The notes beneath the pieces are model-generated. The model saw nothing but the letters and a program-made list of their open reading frames with translations. It was not told the DNA's origin and searched no databases. Below, piece by piece: positions 1-6,194 of a stretch of 15,862 nt of DNA. The DNA lies in NCBI GenBank assembly GCA_029932605.1, contig JAOZPT010000002.1, positions 1 through 15,862 on the forward strand, in the 5' to 3' direction. The DNA comes from Candidatus Zixiibacteriota bacterium (GTDB lineage Bacteria > Zixibacteria > MSB-5A5 > UBA10806 > 4484-95). The position numbers and the translations under genes were made by a program. Within the stretch, counting starts at the first letter, position 1. Each line of letters begins with the position of its first letter.

Positions 1-9
1 TCTTTTCAA
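1..9 (-). CDS. Probable start of the next operon gene (TTG AAA AGA), truncated by the window edge
   Basis: Minus strand reads AGGGAA-TAA-AA-TTG-AAA-AGA across the flippase stop, the same context as the gmhA TTG start. Only 3 codons are visible. Confidence 0.35.
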
Positions 10-11
10 TT

Positions 12-1478
12 TTATTCCCTTGATGACGCCAGTATATTTTTCACCATATCAATTGGTACCAGTTTCAACGCGAACACAAATCCGGCATAGACCAAGGCGA
101 ATATTCCAGCCGCCAACCATGGTCCTGTATATTCAATCGTTAATATAAATCCAGCAGTCCCTAAAATACAGCACAAACATATTTTCAATAAATCTTTTAA
201 GACATGTTTTTCAAAGATCCCTTTTGATGCGATAATCAACTGTATCATACTTAGAAATTCTGTAAGCAATGTTGCAATGGCTGCTCCCCTTGTTCCGTAA
301 TGCGGTATCAATATCAAGTTCAACAAAACGTTAAATGAACCATTGATGGCGGTCACCCAGGCAACCCTTTTCTGGAAGCCGACCGCCCCTATGGAACTAC
401 CAAATATGTGTGTAACAAACAACAGGGGAATTGTTCCAGACATGATCAACAGCAGGGGTACTGATGAGACAAAATTTACTCCATAGGCTATTTCGATAAT
501 TGGTTTGGCCATAAGGGCTGTGCCAATTCCTAAAGGGAGGCCTAACAATACAGAAAAGGATACACCCTTGTTGAAGATATGGTCAGCCTCGTTCTTGTTT
601 TTGCTGTAGATAGCCGAAAGAGCAGGAAACAGGGAGACAGCGATAGGGGATGATAGAATCATGCTGGCTAAGACTATGTTATAGGCACTGTTATAAATAC
701 CCACCTCGTTAATATCCACCATCTTAGAAAGCATCACCGTGTCTATTCTGTAATATATGACAACGAAAATTGAGGCTAAACCGAATGGAAAGGCTGACTC
801 AAGGCGGGACTTGATACCTTTTAAACTGAAATAGATATCCAGATGGCCAATCTGTAATTTTAGGAAATACAACGATGTCATAAACAATACTATCATACCC
901 AGCAGATTGGCTAATATTATCATAGTTATATTGGCTTTGATAATTATCATAAACAGCACACCAAACAAAATTGCCATCTTGCCGGTGAATATGGAAATTG
1001 ACTCGTAACGCATTTTTCGAATAGCCCTGATTGAAGCGATGAAGCTCTGGGCCATCGAGCCGACAAGCATCGATATTCCAAAAAGAGCAACATATCCTAT
1101 CAAAACGGTAGAGTATTTGAGAAGTGATGCGGTTAAGATTATCAATATCCACACGATGGCCGACAGGATTGTTTTAGCAGAGAGGGTATGAGCAAGTTCA
1201 CGGGTTAGAGATTTTGGGTTTGCTGAGACCGTTCGGGTTAGGTGAAGGTCTAAGCCGAGATTTGATAGAGGGATAAACAGGGATGTTAGAGATAAGGCTA
1301 CGGAATAAAGGCCAAATTTTTCAGGGCCAAGATAGCGAGTGAGAAAAAGTATCGTAACAAGCGAGATAGCAGCAGAACTTAAAAGACCTAAAAATATCCA
1401 TAGTGAATTTTTTGAAATTCTATCTGGTGTAATATTTATATCTGGTTGGTTTTCAGGTAACGATGGGACAGGCATCAT
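12..1478 (-). CDS. Oligosaccharide/polysaccharide flippase (Wzx/RfbX-like, MOP superfamily)
   Basis: 488 aa, hydrophobic throughout with roughly 12-14 TM-like segments. Typical segments: LTRYLGPEKFGLYS, RIDTVMLSKM...VGIYNSAY, LNLILIPHYGTRGAAIAT. Confidence 0.88.
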   Translation of the reverse strand: MMPVPSLPENQPDINITPDRISKNSLWIFLGLLSSAAISLVTILFLTRYLGPEKFGLYSVALSLTSLFIPLSNLGLDLHLTRTVSANPKSLTRELAHTLSAKTILSAIVWILIILTASLLKYSTVLIGYVALFGISMLVGSMAQSFIASIRAIRKMRYESISIFTGKMAILFGVLFMIIIKANITMIILANLLGMIVLFMTSLYFLKLQIGHLDIYFSLKGIKSRLESAFPFGLASIFVVIYYRIDTVMLSKMVDINEVGIYNSAYNIVLASMILSSPIAVSLFPALSAIYSKNKNEADHIFNKGVSFSVLLGLPLGIGTALMAKPIIEIAYGVNFVSSVPLLLIMSGTIPLLFVTHIFGSSIGAVGFQKRVAWVTAINGSFNVLLNLILIPHYGTRGAAIATLLTEFLSMIQLIIASKGIFEKHVLKDLLKICLCCILGTAGFILTIEYTGPWLAAGIFALVYAGFVFALKLVPIDMVKNILASSRE

Positions 1479-1496
1479 TTAAGTTTAACCAAAATG

Positions 1497-2081
1497 TCAG
1501 GAGAGAATAAGTTTCTCCATCAGGCCAATGATGATATGGCCTATTGTGATGTGAGCCTCCTGTATTCTTAAAACATCATCTGAAGGCACAGAAAGGAAAT
1601 GGTCGGTTATCTTGACCAGCTCACCTCCGTTTTTACCTGACAATCCGATCGTTATGATTTTCATACTGGAGGCTGTCCTGACTGCTTTAAGAACGTTCGG
1701 GGAATTACCCGAAGTGGAAATGGCAATAAGGACATCCCCCGGTTTGCCCAGAACCTCGACCTGGCGAGAGAAGATGTGGTCAAAACCGTAATCGTTTCCG
1801 CTGGCGGTTAAAATCGATGTATCGGTGGTGAGAGCGAGAGCAGGTAGTGGTTTGCGGTCAGTTTTTGCCGTTAAACGCACAACAAGTTCAGCGGCAAGAT
1901 GCTGGCTATCGGCTGCCGAACCGCCATTGCCACAAAACATTATTTTTCCACTATTTTTAGTAGATTTTACACAGACCTCTGCTATTTCTCTTATTCTCGC
2001 TAAAGAATCGATAGAAAGTTGACGTTTTATTTTTGCTGATTCAAGTAACTGGTTTTTAATATATTCATCATTTTTATTCAA
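1497..2081 (-). CDS. gmhA: D-sedoheptulose-7-phosphate isomerase (phosphoheptose isomerase, SIS domain)
   Basis: Motifs CGNGGSAADSQH, GNDYGFDHIFSRQV, ISTSGNSPN, RIQEAH...H. TTG start with GAGGA SD overlapping the upstream stop. Confidence 0.93.
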   Translation of the reverse strand: MNKNDEYIKNQLLESAKIKRQLSIDSLARIREIAEVCVKSTKNSGKIMFCGNGGSAADSQHLAAELVVRLTAKTDRKPLPALALTTDTSILTASGNDYGFDHIFSRQVEVLGKPGDVLIAISTSGNSPNVLKAVRTASSMKIITIGLSGKNGGELVKITDHFLSVPSDDVLRIQEAHITIGHIIIGLMEKLILS

Positions 2082-2090
2082 TTTTATTCC

Positions 2091-2843
2091 TCACTTTGAA
2101 TGCACCGCTCTGGCAAATCCTTTAACGTTGTCCAGAGTTTGTTTTTTCGTGGTCAATTCAAGAAAATTTCCTACCACCACAAACGAGGCTCCAGCAGTGG
2201 CCAGTTTTTTTGCATAGGTAGTATTCTTAATCCCTCCACCCACGATTACCGGTATATCGACATAACGGCTGACCTTCTGGACCATTTCCAGAGGTACCGG
2301 TTTTTCAGCTCCGGAGCCGGCCTCAAGGTAGACCAGTTTCATACCCAGATATTGCCCGGCAAGAGCATGGGCACAGGCGATATCCGATTTATGGCGCGGT
2401 ATTGGGAACGTATCGGAAATATAGGATACAGAGGTTAAAGCGCCTGACTCGATAAGCATATAGGCAGTGGGAATGACCTCTAAGCCTATCATCTTAATCG
2501 CAGGTGCAGCCTTGACATGTTCACCTATTAAAAGGTTTGGGTTTCGGCCGGAGATCATTGACAGAAAAAGAATGGCATCGGCATGAGATGAGACCATAGA
2601 CGATGAGCCGGGGAAAATTATGACCGGTTTTTTAACGGCTTTTTTAACCGCCAGCAATGAACTCTCAAAATGGTTGGCGACCATGATCGATGAGCCGAAT
2701 AAAAAACCATCAACGCCAACCTTTTCGCATCCACGGGCAAAATCGGCCAGAGCCTTAGGTGAATTACGGTCAGGGTCCAACAGCACCAAAAAACCGCACC
2801 CCTTTGCCTTCTTGATATTTAAAAGCTTTTGATAGGTCTTCAT
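2091..2843 (-). CDS. Geranylgeranylglyceryl phosphate synthase family protein (GGGPS/PcrB TIM barrel, group II type)
   Basis: Motifs LLDPD, IIFPG, ADAILFLSMISGRNPNLLIG, PTAYMLIE, PIPR, YLEAGSGA, IVGGGI, VVVGN. Its ATG overlaps the alaS TGA (ATGA, 2843-2840). Confidence 0.93.
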   Translation of the reverse strand: MKTYQKLLNIKKAKGCGFLVLLDPDRNSPKALADFARGCEKVGVDGFLFGSSIMVANHFESSLLAVKKAVKKPVIIFPGSSSMVSSHADAILFLSMISGRNPNLLIGEHVKAAPAIKMIGLEVIPTAYMLIESGALTSVSYISDTFPIPRHKSDIACAHALAGQYLGMKLVYLEAGSGAEKPVPLEMVQKVSRYVDIPVIVGGGIKNTTYAKKLATAGASFVVVGNFLELTTKKQTLDNVKGFARAVHSK

Positions 2844-5479
2844 ACCGAAAATTTCTTTTTTATCATATCAATTGCCATATCAACTTTGTCTGGAGACATA
2901 GCGCCTCTTATAGTGGGCTTGCCGCCAGCTTTAGCGTCAACCGTTTCAATAAGATAGTCTTTAATCGCATCAGCGAAATCATAATCTAAAGAAGCAATCG
3001 CAAACTGCCCATTTAGCTTTGAACAAACGATAATCGTCTTATCTTGATGGATATTTTTGTAACAGTCAAAATAATCCATGAAATCCCTGTTCGATTCGGT
3101 ATTCGTAAGATAAACCAAAATGACACCTTTATCGGTCATGATATTTAGGCTGGGTTTTGTCTTTGTAGCTTTTTTGAAAATCTCCCTTGTTGTTGTTCTG
3201 GCTATTTCTTTTTCAATCTTTTTTATTTTGCCAAGATATTTCTCAAGGAGATAACCGAGATTTTCCTTGGCGATTATTCTGGCATGAATCGAGCTCCTGA
3301 GGTTTTTTATTTCGGAAATCGCTTTATCGTCAAGCTTTTCAACTGGCTTTTTTAAATAATTTTTCAACTTGATTACCAGCTGGTTTTGTTCGTCGATGAA
3401 TTTTTTTGCCTCTGTGCCGGTTATGGCCTCAATGCGTCGCATACCGGCAGCAATTGCGCTTTCGGATTTAATGAAAAATTGACCTATATCGGCGGTGTGA
3501 GTTACATGGGTACCACCGCACAATTCCATAGTGAAATCACCGGTTTTAACCACTCGCACGGTATCGCCGTATTTTTCACCAAACAGAGCTACCGCCCCCA
3601 TCTTTTTAGCCTCTTCAAACTTATAATATCGCCAGCTAACCGGCAAATCCTCTTTTATCTTTTCATTAACGATCTTTTCGACTTCATCGATTTCATCGGG
3701 TGTCATGGCTTTAAAATGTGAGAAATCAAAACGTAGGTGGTCGGGTGCCACAAGCGAGCCGGACTGGTTGACATGCTCGCCCAATACCAGCTTAAGAGCT
3801 TTATGCAACAAATGCGTGGCTGTGTGGTTACGTTGTATATCGGCACGGCGGGCAGAATCAATTTTGGCCGTGACCAGTTTTTCAAAAATATGTTCAAGGC
3901 TAAAACTTTTTTCGGGATATTCGAATCTACCATAATGAAGTATGCTTTCTCGGTCTTTTTGGGTGTTATCAACAATAAATCTTAAATTTTCCGATTCAAT
4001 TATTCCAGTATCTCCAACCTGACCACCAGATTCAGCGTAAAAAGGTGTTTCCTCTAACACTAAGTATTCTTGGTCATTGAATTTTCCATAATATTTTATT
4101 TTTGTATTGATCTTCTCATTATTATAGTCAAATAGAGATTTTGGTAACATACCAAGCACACCTTCAAACAATATTCGTCCTACTACAGAGGTTTTTTTTG
4201 ATCTCTGCCTCTGCTTTTCTAATTCTTTGTTGAAGCCATCCCAATCAATAGAAAGCCCTTTCTCATGCGCCATAATCTCGGTCAAATCAGCCGGGAAACC
4301 GTAAGTATCATAAAGCTTGAATACATCCTCACCGGGTATTACCTTTCCTCCTGAGGCATTAACCTTTAAGATGATATCCTCAAATCTGGCGATGCCGATA
4401 TCAAGCGTGCGGTCAAACTGTTCCTCTTCAGTTTTTATTACTAATTCAATGTGGCCACGCTGGGCTTTCAACTCGGGGTAAACATTGCCCATATTCTCAA
4501 CCAGCGTCTGAACGATTTTATATAAGAAAGGCTCGGTTAAGCCGAGCTGGTGGCCATAGCGGGCGGCTCGCCGAAGGATACGTCTTAGGACATAACCGCG
4601 TCCCTCGTTGGAGATGACAGCATTGTCGGCGATGGCGAAACTTAAAGCCCTTATATGGTCGGCAATGACTCTATGTGGTATGCCCGCTGGACCCGGGTCA
4701 TACGGTTTTTCTGAAAGTTTGCAGACCTTATCGATAAGTGGCGTAAAAAGATCTGTACCGTAATTGGAATCGGCATTTTGCATTATCATGCAAAACCGTT
4801 CAAGGCCAGCGCCAGTGTCGACAGAGGGTTTAGGTAAAGGAGTTATATTGCCACCTTCATCGCGGTTGTATTGCATAAATACCAAGTTCCATATCTCCAT
4901 GAAACGGTCGCCCTCTCCATTTAGCTCACCTTGAATATGCTCACCGCGGTCGTAATGGACCTCCGAGCAGGGACCGCAGGGACCTGTATCGCCCATGGCC
5001 CAGAAATTGTCTTTCTCACCAAAACGTAGCACCCTGTCGCCGAGTTCAGGAGCAACTCTTCTCCATAATTTATCAGCCTCATCGTCATCAGTATAGACAG
5101 TGGCGTACAGATGTTTTGGGTTAAGTCCCAAAGTCTTGGTGAGGAACTCCCAGGCGAAATAAATCGCCTCCTCTTTGAAATAATCACCAAACGAGAAGTT
5201 ACCCAGCATTTCGAAGAACGTTTGGTGGCGAGCAGTGAACCCGACATTGTCGAGGTCATTATGTTTACCACCCGCACGGATACATTTCTGCGAGGAAGCG
5301 GCTCTTTTGTAATCTGTTTTTTCCAGCCCCAGGAAGATGTTTTTAAACTGCACCATACCAGCATTGGTGAAAAGCAAAGTTGGATCATCTGCAGGAACAA
5401 CCGGTGAAGAGGGAATTATTCTGTGATCGTTTCCCTCGAAGTAATCAAGAAACGCCTGCCTTATATCATAAGATTTCAT
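2840..5479 (-). CDS. alaS: Alanine--tRNA ligase
   Basis: DPTLLFTNAGMVQFK, RHQTFFEMLGNFSFGDYFK, GPCGPCSE, EIWNLVFMQY, DTGAGLER, LYDTYGFP, TPFYAESGGQVGD. Editing motifs HTATH and ELCGGTH are intact. Confidence 0.99.
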   Translation of the reverse strand: MKSYDIRQAFLDYFEGNDHRIIPSSPVVPADDPTLLFTNAGMVQFKNIFLGLEKTDYKRAASSQKCIRAGGKHNDLDNVGFTARHQTFFEMLGNFSFGDYFKEEAIYFAWEFLTKTLGLNPKHLYATVYTDDDEADKLWRRVAPELGDRVLRFGEKDNFWAMGDTGPCGPCSEVHYDRGEHIQGELNGEGDRFMEIWNLVFMQYNRDEGGNITPLPKPSVDTGAGLERFCMIMQNADSNYGTDLFTPLIDKVCKLSEKPYDPGPAGIPHRVIADHIRALSFAIADNAVISNEGRGYVLRRILRRAARYGHQLGLTEPFLYKIVQTLVENMGNVYPELKAQRGHIELVIKTEEEQFDRTLDIGIARFEDIILKVNASGGKVIPGEDVFKLYDTYGFPADLTEIMAHEKGLSIDWDGFNKELEKQRQRSKKTSVVGRILFEGVLGMLPKSLFDYNNEKINTKIKYYGKFNDQEYLVLEETPFYAESGGQVGDTGIIESENLRFIVDNTQKDRESILHYGRFEYPEKSFSLEHIFEKLVTAKIDSARRADIQRNHTATHLLHKALKLVLGEHVNQSGSLVAPDHLRFDFSHFKAMTPDEIDEVEKIVNEKIKEDLPVSWRYYKFEEAKKMGAVALFGEKYGDTVRVVKTGDFTMELCGGTHVTHTADIGQFFIKSESAIAAGMRRIEAITGTEAKKFIDEQNQLVIKLKNYLKKPVEKLDDKAISEIKNLRSSIHARIIAKENLGYLLEKYLGKIKKIEKEIARTTTREIFKKATKTKPSLNIMTDKGVILVYLTNTESNRDFMDYFDCYKNIHQDKTIIVCSKLNGQFAIASLDYDFADAIKDYLIETVDAKAGGKPTIRGAMSPDKVDMAIDMIKKKFSV

Positions 5480-5487
5480 AACTTATC

Positions 5488-5516
5488 TAAATAAGGCTTT
5501 TTTGCTTAAAAATCAA
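5488..5516 (-). promoter_or_regulatory. Candidate sigma70-type promoter of the alaS operon
   Basis: Minus strand TTGATT (5516-5511), 17 nt, TATTTA (5493-5488), then 8 nt to the ATG. The -10 lacks the conserved final T. Confidence 0.35.
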
Positions 5517-5665
5517 GAGTGGTGTTTGTTGTATCTGAATAAAATCTCTTTATGGATGAAGTCTGATCAATCCAGTCATCTTGTTGTTTACATATATAAA
5601 GGTTAGGCTATTGGTATAAATTTTAGTTGCGGTTGTCAAATTGGATGTAGGAAACGGATAGTTTC

Positions 5666-5683
5666 ATAAGCGACATCGCTTAT
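5666..5683. promoter_or_regulatory. Inverted repeat with perfect 8-bp arms (candidate operator or hairpin)
   Basis: ATAAGCGA-CA-TCGCTTAT in the divergent intergenic region between alaS and ORF5800/lon. Function is inferred only. Confidence 0.45.
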
Positions 5684-5799
5684 TTCACTGGACATTGGTC
5701 ATATTGCATTATTATTTTGTCTTTAGCGGTTATAAAAAAAACCGATTGATTAATATGAACGCTGTAAGGAGTGTTTAGTAAATATATGAGAGGAACGGC

Positions 5800-6108
5800 A
5801 TGGAAAAGGAAAGGACAATAAGCTTTAAGGATTTCATATTAACGGTTAAACCAGCTGACAAGCCTGACTCATATTTGGTGATTTTTAGCGGTGGGTCAGA
5901 TGTCGATGGCTCGGGCTGGGAATCGGCCTCGGGAGACAGGAAAAAGCTTGAGGGTGATTTCAAGTTTATGTTCAACCCCTTTGCGGCACCATCCAATAAA
6001 AAGGGAGAATATGTTTTGCATTTTAAATTTCCAGAAAGAAAACAGAAATTTTTCGAATGGGTTGATAAGCAGAAAAAGATGTTTTTTGGAATCGAGGATG
6101 ATAAGTAA
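5800..6108 (+). CDS. Hypothetical protein, 102 aa, soluble
   Basis: ATG preceded by GAGAGGAA SD, protein-like composition, fills the gap upstream of lon. No family recognised. Confidence 0.7.
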   Translation: MEKERTISFKDFILTVKPADKPDSYLVIFSGGSDVDGSGWESASGDRKKLEGDFKFMFNPFAAPSNKKGEYVLHFKFPERKQKFFEWVDKQKKMFFGIEDDK

Positions 6109-6194
6109 TATTATGTCTTTTAGGGAACGAATACCTTATTTTAAGTTATATAAAGAATCCCTATGATATCAAACGATACGTATGAAAGGGTATA

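Noticed and set aside
1497..2081. Alternative call as DiaA
   Set aside because: It retains the GmhA-type IQEAH...H residues and sits in a glycan-synthesis context.
799..5407. Alternate-frame and antisense ORFs within the flippase, gmhA, GGGPS and alaS genes (e.g. 799-1152, 2100-2438, 3386-3721, 4921-5400)
   Set aside because: Fully nested in well-supported genes with no recognisable motifs; shadow ORFs.
5722..5748. Second sigma28-like site TTTA-N15-ACCGATTG before ORF5800
   Set aside because: Both boxes are degenerate in an AT-rich context; too weak to call.
5480..5799. T-box leader for alaS or CIRCE element for lon
   Set aside because: Neither a T-box AAGGTGGTACC-like motif nor TTAGCACTC-N9-GAGTGCTAA is seen.
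5775..6166. ORFs 5775-5996 (-), 5891-6166 (+) and the 17-codon ORF at 6113-6166
   Set aside because: They overlap the better-supported ORF5800 or are too short, with no convincing evidence of coding.
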